From positions 960,001 through 1,024,000 of the forward strand of contig OZ241362.1 of assembly GCA_965200315.1 (NCBI GenBank): a stretch of DNA of 64,000 nt, written 5' to 3'. The notes under the pieces were generated by a model. It made no database searches and was not told where the DNA came from. It saw only the letters and a list, made by a program, of their open reading frames with translations. Positions 26,253 to 35,454 of the stretch are shown here, piece after piece. Position 1 is the stretch's first letter; every line of letters begins with the position of its first letter. The position numbers and the translations under genes are program-made. This DNA is from Candidatus Latescibacterota bacterium (GTDB lineage: Bacteria; Latescibacterota; UBA2968; UBA8231).

Positions 26253-28415
26253 ATGAGAAAACACAGGGTATTATGGCTGGTCGTTGCGCTGGCGAGTCCA
26301 GTGCTGGGCGATCGGGCCGAATTCGCGCTGGGCGGAGAGGACGGCAATCCCTGGACCATCCCCCTCGCTCTCGAAGGCGAAGAAGGCGGCTTCTACACCG
26401 TGTACGGCACCGACGGCCAAGTCTTGCGAACCGAGTCGGTGGGCACATCCCCCCAGTGGGTCGGTGCCGATACCCTGATCAGCTACGCCGATGGGGCCAT
26501 GACTCCATCTTGGGTTGACCCCAACTTGAACCTGACTCACATCGTCAGTTGGGACCAAAACGGCCAGAGCCAAGTGCCTTTTCACGATCTGGGCGGCAAT
26601 ATCCGCGTCACCCAAGGCGAGAATTCGGCCTTCATGGGCATGACACTGCCCAGTACTCTGCGGGCCTACGACGGCGACCGCACCTCGGCCATGTTCCGCA
26701 TCTTCGTCCAGCGCGTGGGAGCACCTCCGGGGGTCGGGCGCGGCTTCCGCAACAATACCATTACCAATTTCGGCGCTGAAATGCCCATCAATCGCATCCG
26801 CTTCTATCCCCGGCTCAGCAAGACCGAAGACGCCCATATCATCGCCGCCATGGCCGAGCCCAAACCCGATCCCGACACATTTGGCGAGGAGAGCTTTGCC
26901 GCCAATTTTCTCGAGTGGTACGAAATAGGTATAGCCAACAACAGCGCTCCCATCGCCGACGATGCCTTCGCGGTCCCCAAAGGATTGCGCTGGCACAAAG
27001 TCCTCTCCTCGGCCGGCCTCGGCGGCTACCGGGTGAGCAACGATTCGGCTTATACCATTCTGCGTAGCGTGCGCGAAAACCTCGATGTGGTGGTCGACTT
27101 TCGCTTCCCCCTACAGCACATCCGCTGGGTCGCCATCCGCGCTTTGGACCCGGTGCGCGACTGGGAAATCGCCGAGGTGGAAATCTACGGACAAGGCTTT
27201 GTGCGCAAAGCGCGCTATCTAACCGACATCCTCGACTTTGGCCAACCCATCAACTGGGGCAAAATCCGCTGGAGTGGCCAGCACCCTCCCGGCACCCAAG
27301 TCGAAATCCGCACCCGCACGGGCACCGACCACAACCCCCACATCTACTGGGAACCCAACGCCATTACCGGAGAGGCCGAGGAAATTAGCTTTGACGAGCA
27401 CTTCAGCCTACCCGTCCGCGAGCGCGAACCCCCGCTATACGACCGCGACCACTGGAGCTTTTGGTCGCCTCCCTACGACTTTGAGGACGGCTTGCGCGAC
27501 CACGCTCAGGAGGCGGCCGCTTGGGCCGACGGCACGGTTCTCCAGTCGCCCTCTCCAAGGCGCTATATGCAGTTGCAAATCACCTTGTTTGCCACCGAAA
27601 CCGAGGCTCCACGCCTCGACGAGCTACAGTTTCAGCTAGCCCACTCCCTGTCGGCTTCCGCCCTGCTGGGCGAAATCTGGCCGATCGAAGTCGCCGACGC
27701 CCGCTCCCAGCGTTTCACATACGTGGTGAGCCCGGATTTTCAGACCGACGACACGGGCTTTGACCGACTCGAGATCAGCACCCATACCCAAGTTGACACC
27801 GTCTATCACGTCAAAATCGGCGGCGTGGAGGTCAATCTGGCGGCCTTCCCACCCCAAGTGCTAACCGATCGCATCATCGTATCGCTAGACCGCAAGCTGT
27901 CAGACCCGGAGACAGATCGCTTTAAGCAAGTGGAGGTCGCCTTCCAAGTGCCGGTCCTGCGCTTCGGCACTGAATTTGCCGGCTGGGTGTACAACAGCGA
28001 CGACCCCGATCGCATCAAGCAACAAGTACAGCCGGGCAACGCCACCTTCCGCTACGCTGGCGATGTGCTAGCCGTGCGCACCCGCGTAGGGGGTAGGCTG
28101 TTGACGGATGTGCGAGTGCATCCCAACCCTTTTACCCCCAACAACGACCGCGTCAACGACACCTCACAACTGTCCTTTGACGTGCGCGAAGTGGTCGCAC
28201 GCCGGCCCCTGCAAGTGGCCCTGTACGACCTATCGGGCCACGAGGTGCAGACCTTGGCTACCACGCAGATCAAAACCGGGATAGTAGAATATTCTTGGGA
28301 CGGCCGCCGGTCCGACGGCCGCCTGGTGGCCCCAGGCATCTATATCTACCGCATTCGGCTAGATACCGACGAAGGTGTAGAAGAACAAGTTGGCACCATT
28401 TCGGTCGTTTACTAG
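26253..28415 (+). CDS. secreted protein with discoidin-like region and FlgD-Ig/CHU_C-like C-terminal domain (paralogue 1)
   Basis: Signal peptide; INRIRFYPR, WEIAEVEIYGQGF, IRTRTG, WSFWSPPY, SPSPRRYMQ, PNPFTPNNDRVND, YDLSG, WDGR, PGIY; ends ISVVY. Confidence 0.8.
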   Translation: MRKHRVLWLVVALASPVLGDRAEFALGGEDGNPWTIPLALEGEEGGFYTVYGTDGQVLRTESVGTSPQWVGADTLISYADGAMTPSWVDPNLNLTHIVSWDQNGQSQVPFHDLGGNIRVTQGENSAFMGMTLPSTLRAYDGDRTSAMFRIFVQRVGAPPGVGRGFRNNTITNFGAEMPINRIRFYPRLSKTEDAHIIAAMAEPKPDPDTFGEESFAANFLEWYEIGIANNSAPIADDAFAVPKGLRWHKVLSSAGLGGYRVSNDSAYTILRSVRENLDVVVDFRFPLQHIRWVAIRALDPVRDWEIAEVEIYGQGFVRKARYLTDILDFGQPINWGKIRWSGQHPPGTQVEIRTRTGTDHNPHIYWEPNAITGEAEEISFDEHFSLPVREREPPLYDRDHWSFWSPPYDFEDGLRDHAQEAAAWADGTVLQSPSPRRYMQLQITLFATETEAPRLDELQFQLAHSLSASALLGEIWPIEVADARSQRFTYVVSPDFQTDDTGFDRLEISTHTQVDTVYHVKIGGVEVNLAAFPPQVLTDRIIVSLDRKLSDPETDRFKQVEVAFQVPVLRFGTEFAGWVYNSDDPDRIKQQVQPGNATFRYAGDVLAVRTRVGGRLLTDVRVHPNPFTPNNDRVNDTSQLSFDVREVVARRPLQVALYDLSGHEVQTLATTQIKTGIVEYSWDGRRSDGRLVAPGIYIYRIRLDTDEGVEEQVGTISVVY

Positions 28416-28425
28416 GAGCCTGAGC

Positions 28426-30483
28426 ATGTTGAGAAGCCGCCTACTTGTTCAAAGCCTAGCAGCCCTTGTCCTCACGGCCCCGGTCGGAGCCTTGGATACG
28501 CTCAGTGTGGGCTTGGACGCCCCCATCGACTGGGATGGCACCGGTGCTGCTATCGGTACGCTGGACCCAGAGTACCGCAGCTTGGTCGATCCCAACGTAG
28601 TGCTGGTAGGCAACTCTCCAGGCGAGCTCATCGACTTCGCCCAGCGAGTCTTAGCACCCCGGGAACTGCGAGAGGGCGAAAACATCGCTTCGGGCACCCT
28701 CGAACGAGGCGGCACCATAGCCGCCCCGACGGTGCTGCGCTTCACCACCGACTTCACTCGCGAGGACCTCATCGAGGCCCTCGCCGAAATCCTCAGCGAC
28801 CTAGCCGGCGGCGAGACCCAAGCCTTTGAGCGCAAAAGTGGCGACGTGCGCGGCACCCTCATCATCGGCGACTTAGGAGCCCGCTTCGGCGTCAATCGCT
28901 TTCGCTTCTATCCGCGCAATACGGTCCATCCCGCGCCCACGGCCGCCTTTCAAAACGACTTTCTGCGCGCGTTTGAGCTGTTTGTCAACGACGGACTCAA
29001 CCTTACGGCCGATGGTTTTCCCGTGTGGGGCGCGCCCATAGTGGATGAAGCCCAAAACACCAAGCCCGTCGTTGACATCGAATTTGATCCGCCCCGTTAT
29101 ATCCGTTCCTTCCGCCTGCGCTCAGACACGCCCATCCCCTTTGAAATAGACGAGATCGAAATCTACGGCACCGGCTTTTTGCCGGCAGCTACGTACTTCT
29201 CGGATATCTTCGCCCCGGGCCTTGCGGCTTGGGGTCATATTCGCTGGGTGGAAAAAGCCGTCGGAGACTCGGCCCAGTCCAGCCTGCTGATTTCCACGCG
29301 CAGCGGCAATGACGACACTCCTTTTCTTTTTCACCGCCAGCGCAAGGACAAGCGCACCGACCCCGAGATTCCCTTCTCCATTGCCGAGCCCACCGAGCCC
29401 ATGCGCCTAGACGAATACAAGCGACTCCCCATAGTAGATGACAACGGCGTCGAGTGGTCCAAAGGCTCAATCAAGGACGATCTAGAAAACTGGAGCCCTT
29501 GGAGCCCTCCCTATCCGCTCGACGAGGGCACGTCCCCCCAAGGCACCCCGATCATCTCCCCTTCGCCGCGGCACTACCTCCAGTTCCGCGTCATCGCTCA
29601 GAGCAATGATATCCATTCGGCGCGCCGCCTTGAGCACATCTCCCTTTCGTACCTGACTCCACCACTGGCCGACGAATTCGTTGCCGAGATTTTTCCCCGC
29701 CAAGTAGAGGCTTCGACCTCTACTTCCTTTACCTACGCCGTCCGCATGCGCATAGATTCGCCAGACCTATTGGGATTCGATACTTTTGCGATAACTACCC
29801 CCATTCGGGTAGAACAGGTGGAACAAGTGGAAATTCTCGATACCCAAGGCCAGCTAGTCGCTTCCCACTCCTTTGCACAAGGCGATACGGCTGGTGGTTC
29901 GGGGCTTGCCATCAACGCCATTGCAGAGGACCACTTCAGTGTGCGCTTTCCGCGCATTCAAGCCGATGACAGCCTGCTGAAAATCAGGTTTCGCGCGGCC
30001 GTACTGGCCTTTAGCACCGAATTTCGCGGGCAGGCTTCGCTGTCGAGTGAACCCGGTTCGTTTCAAAACGCCACCTCGGGCAATAGCGCCAATTTGGGGG
30101 ACGAAGACCAGTCCATCCGCTCCGGCACCACGGTGCTCAGTCCCTCGATAATCCGCAGCGAACGGCTGATCGATGCCCTCGAACTGACGCCCAACCCCTT
30201 TACGCCCAACGGCGATAGGATCAACGACCAAGTCGCTATCGCCTACAACATCCTAGCGCTGACCAAGACCGGTGCCGTTGCGGTGCGCCTGTACGACCTG
30301 TCGGGCCGGCTGGTACACACCCTACAGCAGACGGCGCTCAGCAACGGTCGCTACGCCCTTGGTTGGGACGGGCGAGTCGCTGACGGCCAGCTCGTCCCCC
30401 CAGGCGTGTACTTGTTGGGCATAACCGTGGCCGGGGACCTGGGCGACGACCTGCAGGCACACCCTCTATACATAGCCTACTAA
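28426..30483 (+). CDS. secreted FlgD-Ig/CHU_C-like CTD protein (paralogue 2)
   Basis: AGGAG SD; signal peptide; VNRFRFYPR, FEIDEIEIYGTGF, WSPWSPPY, SPSPRHYLQ, PNPFTPNGDRIND, YDLSG, WDGR, PGVY; ends LYIAY. Confidence 0.8.
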   Translation: MLRSRLLVQSLAALVLTAPVGALDTLSVGLDAPIDWDGTGAAIGTLDPEYRSLVDPNVVLVGNSPGELIDFAQRVLAPRELREGENIASGTLERGGTIAAPTVLRFTTDFTREDLIEALAEILSDLAGGETQAFERKSGDVRGTLIIGDLGARFGVNRFRFYPRNTVHPAPTAAFQNDFLRAFELFVNDGLNLTADGFPVWGAPIVDEAQNTKPVVDIEFDPPRYIRSFRLRSDTPIPFEIDEIEIYGTGFLPAATYFSDIFAPGLAAWGHIRWVEKAVGDSAQSSLLISTRSGNDDTPFLFHRQRKDKRTDPEIPFSIAEPTEPMRLDEYKRLPIVDDNGVEWSKGSIKDDLENWSPWSPPYPLDEGTSPQGTPIISPSPRHYLQFRVIAQSNDIHSARRLEHISLSYLTPPLADEFVAEIFPRQVEASTSTSFTYAVRMRIDSPDLLGFDTFAITTPIRVEQVEQVEILDTQGQLVASHSFAQGDTAGGSGLAINAIAEDHFSVRFPRIQADDSLLKIRFRAAVLAFSTEFRGQASLSSEPGSFQNATSGNSANLGDEDQSIRSGTTVLSPSIIRSERLIDALELTPNPFTPNGDRINDQVAIAYNILALTKTGAVAVRLYDLSGRLVHTLQQTALSNGRYALGWDGRVADGQLVPPGVYLLGITVAGDLGDDLQAHPLYIAY

Positions 30484-30484
30484 C

Positions 30485-32140
30485 ATGAACAGAATACGCA
30501 TCGCTACTACAGCTTGCACCCTGATCGGAGCCTTTTTATGGGGCTGCGGTGAACAGGAGTCCCCCAGCGTGGTTCAGATTGGCCCGCACGCCATCACCGC
30601 CGAGGATCTCCGATCCTACATCCTAGGGCTAAACGAAAGCCAGCGGAGCCACCAAGAAGGCCCGGCAGCGCGGCGCGAGTACCTCCAGCCCCTCATCGAC
30701 TACCACCTCATGTGGATGGAAGCCCAAGCCCTCGGTTTGGACACCGCGGCCGCAGTCCAGCGCCAACTAGAGCGCAGAATCCGTCGGCACTTAGTCGTCC
30801 TCTATCTCAAGCACAAACCCGTGCAACCGCCCCTCGTCGACGAAGCCGAGATCAAACAGCGCTTCGAGCGCAAGCGGCTTCACCGCACGTTTGAGCGAAT
30901 GACTTGGGGCATTATGGCCAAGGCGCGGCCGGAACTAGACCAAGCCGTGGCCGAGTTGGCCGCCGGCACTCCGTTTGGCGAAGTAGCAGCCCGCTACTCC
31001 ATCACGCCCGATGCAATCAACGGAGGCGAACTAGGCTGGCTCCGGGTGGAATCCATCCGCCGCATGGGCCTCCCCGATTCGCTGTTCTACGATTTGCCCT
31101 TGGGGGTCTTATCGCCCGTACTGCCCCACTCCGCCGGCTTTTGCGTCGTGCGCTTTACCGAGGAACGACCGGTATCCTACTTCGACTTCCGCGACGAAAT
31201 CCTCCAAGAGCTCCAAGAGGAAAGGCTCGGCGAAGCGCGGGTGGCCCGGGCCGAACAATTGGCCGACAAATACGACTGGAATCTCCACGAGCGAGGGTTG
31301 CGCCTCCTGCTGGAAAAAGGCCAGCCATTGGCGGCCTTGGAACTGACGCCAGAGGAAGAACGAACGCCTTTGTTCGAGTTTACGGGCGGCCAAGTGCCCC
31401 TAGGCGAGCTGCTCGACCAGCTCAAAAACCGCAACATCAACGCCGCAGCCGACAGCGCCGCCTTGGTCCAACTCGCCGAGCGCTTTCTGCTCCAGCCCTA
31501 TATCTTTGCCGCCGCGGTCCGCCACGAGAATTTGATTGACCGCGAGGGCCTCGAAACGGTGCGGCAGAGCCTGCGCGAAGAGGTCGTCATCAGCCAACTG
31601 CACCAGCAAAAAGTAGCGGCATCCATCACCATTGCCCCAGAGTCCGTGCGCCGCTACTACGACGAGCAGACCGAGCGCTTCCTTCGCCGAGACCAGATCG
31701 ACGTGGCCGAAGTGCTGGTGGAGACCGAGGAAGAAGCGCTAGCCGTGCGGCGGCAAATCGAAGCGGGAGCCGACATCGCTGCCCTAGCCCAAGAGCGCAG
31801 CAAACGCCGCGGGGTCCGGGCGCGGAGCGGCGTCTTTCCCATGGAGAAAACTTCGGACTTAGTGCCCCATATCCTAGCCGCGCAGCCGGGCGAGTTGGTC
31901 GGGCCGGTACAAGTCCACGACGGCTTCTCGGTATTCGAGATCGTCCGTCGCCAGCCGGGGGAACGCATGCCTTTTGCCCAAGTCCGTCGGCAGATTGGCG
32001 ACATGCTGCGCCGGGCCGAGGAGCAGGGGCGGTTTCAAGCCTATATAGAAACCCTGCGCCAGCAATACGCCGATCAGATCCAAGTGGACCAACAGCAATT
32101 AGCTGCGGCCCTGCCCGACGATTTCCTCACCGCCTTTTGA
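30485..32140 (+). CDS. lipoprotein peptidyl-prolyl isomerase (PrsA/SurA-like, two parvulin domains)
   Basis: Lipobox FLWGC; FGEVAARYS..GGELGW; DIAALAQERS; GELVGPV..DGFSVFEI. Confidence 0.85.
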   Translation: MNRIRIATTACTLIGAFLWGCGEQESPSVVQIGPHAITAEDLRSYILGLNESQRSHQEGPAARREYLQPLIDYHLMWMEAQALGLDTAAAVQRQLERRIRRHLVVLYLKHKPVQPPLVDEAEIKQRFERKRLHRTFERMTWGIMAKARPELDQAVAELAAGTPFGEVAARYSITPDAINGGELGWLRVESIRRMGLPDSLFYDLPLGVLSPVLPHSAGFCVVRFTEERPVSYFDFRDEILQELQEERLGEARVARAEQLADKYDWNLHERGLRLLLEKGQPLAALELTPEEERTPLFEFTGGQVPLGELLDQLKNRNINAAADSAALVQLAERFLLQPYIFAAAVRHENLIDREGLETVRQSLREEVVISQLHQQKVAASITIAPESVRRYYDEQTERFLRRDQIDVAEVLVETEEEALAVRRQIEAGADIAALAQERSKRRGVRARSGVFPMEKTSDLVPHILAAQPGELVGPVQVHDGFSVFEIVRRQPGERMPFAQVRRQIGDMLRRAEEQGRFQAYIETLRQQYADQIQVDQQQLAAALPDDFLTAF

Positions 32141-32166
32141 ACGGTCGCACAACTTGGAGAAACTCC

Positions 32167-35100
32167 ATGAACCGCAAACACTACAGCCGTTGGAGCCGGG
32201 TTTGGGCCTTAGCTTTTGGGTGTTTGGCCCTCCAGCAAGTCAGTGCCCAAGTGCCCTTAGGCCACCATCTACAAGGCGACCGCATCATCGTCGACAAGGC
32301 TTCCTATTGGCGACACTGGACTGGGCCCTCGCACGTAGTCGATGTGCATCCAGACGGGACGGTCAAGCCCCATTTTTTCCGCCACGTGTACAACATCATC
32401 GCCGAAGATCGCGCGGCATTTGCCAAACCCGTGGACCAACCGGGCATCCGCAAGGCAGACCGGGCGATTATGAACCTCCAGCGCGCCCCGACTGTGGAAG
32501 CAGACGGCAGCTTTACCCTCGGTAAAGCCGAGCAACTGATCAAATTTCTCGACCGAGATTTCAAACGCTTCCCCGGCAACGACAGCCAGCTCCCCATTAA
32601 CGGCCGGCTCCTAACCATCGTCGACACCACCCTCAGCGGCGACGGCAAGACCGTGACCCTGAGCCTGCGCGACGAACGCACGGGGGTAGCATCGACGCGC
32701 GAATTTGGCGCCAAAGACAAAATCGCATTCCCAGTGTACGACTACGTCCAGCGCGTCGGCGTCAGCCGGGTAGGTTCCAACGAAGCCCTAGCCCCCCACA
32801 TTGTCGATGGCGACCACGACACCTTTTGGGAACCGGACTTAGCCGCCACGCCAGACAAGTGGTGGATCGAGATCGACTTGGGCCGCGCGCTCGTGGTCGA
32901 GAAGATAGTGCTACACTTTGTCGATGAGACCTTGGGCGACCCCTTCCGCCAGTTCCGAGTCATGCTAGCCCCCCAGCAGAAGCTCATTCAAGCCCAAAGC
33001 CGCGTACTCCAGTTCAAGGTGGTCGGCCAAACCGAGGCTCCCAATACGGACCAGCGGACGATGGCGTTTTCTTCCGCGGATACGCCCGGCTTTTCCGAAG
33101 ACGACGACGGCCGCACCGAGTGGACCGGCCGCATGGCTCAGACGCTGCGCATCCTCATCGGCGACAGCAAGCTGGGGCGGGCACACCAAATCGACCAAGC
33201 GGCGTGGGATGCCCTGTCGGCCAGCGAACGGGGCGATGTGCTCTACTACATCCGCGACGACGTCGGTTTTGAGGAGCCGGTAGAGCAGGCTATTTACGAG
33301 AGCCTTCCCCAAGAACAGCAGGGCCGCAAAGAGTACTATATCCGCGAGCGGCCCCGGCTGGCCGAAGTCGAAGTCTGGGGCTGGGGCGATAACCTCTCTC
33401 CCCAGCTAATTGACGGGGGCGGTAGCGTTAGCTTTACCGGACCGGAAGTCCCGGCTGGGGGCTTTGACGGCGACTGGAACACCACCTTCCGCATGCCAGC
33501 GTGGTTCAGCAACAACCCCACCGCTGGCATTCTCACTGTCGATATTGGCGCCCGCGTCTGGCTCGACGCCATGCGCTTGGCCGTTCCCTTTATTCCCGGC
33601 TACATCACCGAGGTGGCCGACGGCAGCCGCGATCCCAACGGCCGGCTTCGGTGGCGACAGATCAGCCTACCCGACCGCATGGAAGGGGGATTCACGCGCG
33701 CCGCCGACCTCTTCGACCCGCCCCTAGATATCCGCTTTCTCAACCTGCGCCTGCCGGGCATCGCGCGGACTTCGGGCTTTTTCTACGACCTGACCGAAGT
33801 CCTGCTCTACACAGAGGGGTTTGTTAGCCAAGCCTCGCTGGTGTCCGATATCATCCGCCTGCCGGGACCGCGCAACTTCGGGGCCATCCGCTGGGATCCG
33901 CCGCCCGGCACGCAACCACCCGGCACGACCGCGGAAGTGCGGACGCGCACCGGCGATCTGCTGGTGCAGCAAATTCGCCATTTCGACGTCAACGGCAACG
34001 AGAAAACCAAAGAAGAATGGGACAAGCTAATCAGCAGTTGGAAGGGACCTATCGACACTACCTTTGCCCTCGGCAGCGGCTGGAGTCCTTGGAGCCAGCA
34101 GTACCTACAGCCGGGCGACCGGGTCCGTTCCCCCGGGCTGCGCAATTATATGCAGTTGCAGGTGCGTTTTACCAGCCAAGACCGCCAACAAGCCGCCTCC
34201 ATTCGCTCCATCGAGGTAGAGCTGGCCCCGCCAGTGGCCCGCGCCCTCACGGCCGAAGTATGGCCCACGCAGGCCGTCGTTGGCCGCTTGGACACGTTCG
34301 ACCTGTATCTGCGCCCGGTATTCATCGACGAACCAGCGGCCGACCGCACCCTAGGCTTTGACGAAATCCTGCTGCAAGCTCCTCCCGGGCTCGCGCTGCA
34401 CCTTCTGAGCCTCAGCACGGGGACCGAGGAAGAGCTAAGCCAAGGAAACCCCTTGCAGACGTTTAGCCTCGCCGCCGATGGCCACCTGACCGACGCTACT
34501 GGGGCCATCGCCCAAGTGCGGCGCAACCACGCCGACTCCATCTGGGTCCTGCTGCCCCAACTACACCAGACCCTACCGGCAGAGCAGGCGATCCAGACCT
34601 ACCACCGCATTACCCCCCAAGGGGCCGAAGTCATGGTTGGTGAGGACGGCGACCCGATCACCGAGGCCGCCTACGGTCTGCTCAACGAGGCCGAGCGCGG
34701 GGCTATCCTCTTCTTGCGGCAGACCGCCGACGGCTTGGCAGCGGTCTCTGGCCGCGCTGAGTACGATGACTTGCCCCCAACCGAACAAGGGCCGATTCGC
34801 TATTTCCGCAAACTGCGCGGCGGCGGGGCCCAATCGCCCTTTGACTCCTTGGGCGACTCCCTGACGCACACAACCTACCGAGCGTTACCAAGAGCCGAAC
34901 GCGGTGCCATCTTGGGTCAAGGCCCCCTAATCCACGTGCGCTTTGCCGCTGCCATCTTCCGCAACGGAACCACCCTTAAGCCTTTTGTCCGTCGCTCCGC
35001 CGCTGGCACCGACGGCAACTTGTGGCAGCAAGTAGAACCAGGCGACGCCACTGCGCTAACGAACAGCCGCCAACTGACGCTGAGCGTTCCCGTGGGAGGG

Positions 35101-35427
35101 CAAGTCCTCGGCGACCTGATCCTTTCCCCCAACCCCTTTACGCCCAATGGCGACGGGATCAACGACGAACTGACCGTCGAGTTTTCCATCTTCCAAGTGA
35201 CCCAAGCGCGCCAAGCGCGGCTACGCCTCTACTCACTCGACGGACGCTTGCTATGGGAAAACAGTACCCAAGTGCCAGGAGGCCCTCAGCAAATCCGCTG
35301 GAACGGCCGCGATGCGGCTGACCGCACCGTGCCCCCAGGACTCTATATATGCCGGATTGATTTTGGTGCCGATTCGGACCGGGCCACCGACACAGCCTTG
35401 GCCCGCATCGTGGCCGTAGTCTATTAG
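32167..35427 (+). CDS. large secreted FlgD-Ig/CHU_C-like CTD protein (paralogue 3)
   Basis: GGAG SD; signal peptide; DGDHDTFW..WWIEIDLGR (F5/8C-like), VRTRTG, WSPWSQQY, PNPFTPNGDGIND, WNGR, PGLY; ends VAVVY. Confidence 0.82.
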   Translation: MNRKHYSRWSRVWALAFGCLALQQVSAQVPLGHHLQGDRIIVDKASYWRHWTGPSHVVDVHPDGTVKPHFFRHVYNIIAEDRAAFAKPVDQPGIRKADRAIMNLQRAPTVEADGSFTLGKAEQLIKFLDRDFKRFPGNDSQLPINGRLLTIVDTTLSGDGKTVTLSLRDERTGVASTREFGAKDKIAFPVYDYVQRVGVSRVGSNEALAPHIVDGDHDTFWEPDLAATPDKWWIEIDLGRALVVEKIVLHFVDETLGDPFRQFRVMLAPQQKLIQAQSRVLQFKVVGQTEAPNTDQRTMAFSSADTPGFSEDDDGRTEWTGRMAQTLRILIGDSKLGRAHQIDQAAWDALSASERGDVLYYIRDDVGFEEPVEQAIYESLPQEQQGRKEYYIRERPRLAEVEVWGWGDNLSPQLIDGGGSVSFTGPEVPAGGFDGDWNTTFRMPAWFSNNPTAGILTVDIGARVWLDAMRLAVPFIPGYITEVADGSRDPNGRLRWRQISLPDRMEGGFTRAADLFDPPLDIRFLNLRLPGIARTSGFFYDLTEVLLYTEGFVSQASLVSDIIRLPGPRNFGAIRWDPPPGTQPPGTTAEVRTRTGDLLVQQIRHFDVNGNEKTKEEWDKLISSWKGPIDTTFALGSGWSPWSQQYLQPGDRVRSPGLRNYMQLQVRFTSQDRQQAASIRSIEVELAPPVARALTAEVWPTQAVVGRLDTFDLYLRPVFIDEPAADRTLGFDEILLQAPPGLALHLLSLSTGTEEELSQGNPLQTFSLAADGHLTDATGAIAQVRRNHADSIWVLLPQLHQTLPAEQAIQTYHRITPQGAEVMVGEDGDPITEAAYGLLNEAERGAILFLRQTADGLAAVSGRAEYDDLPPTEQGPIRYFRKLRGGGAQSPFDSLGDSLTHTTYRALPRAERGAILGQGPLIHVRFAAAIFRNGTTLKPFVRRSAAGTDGNLWQQVEPGDATALTNSRQLTLSVPVGGQVLGDLILSPNPFTPNGDGINDELTVEFSIFQVTQARQARLRLYSLDGRLLWENSTQVPGGPQQIRWNGRDAADRTVPPGLYICRIDFGADSDRATDTALARIVAVVY

Positions 35428-35454
35428 TAGTGTACACCAGCCAAAGGGAAAATT

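Noticed and set aside
26253-35427. Flagellar hook-capping (flgD) genes
   Set aside because: Only the C-terminal Ig-like domain is FlgD-like. The proteins have Sec signals, are 680-1090 aa long, and no flagellar genes are nearby.
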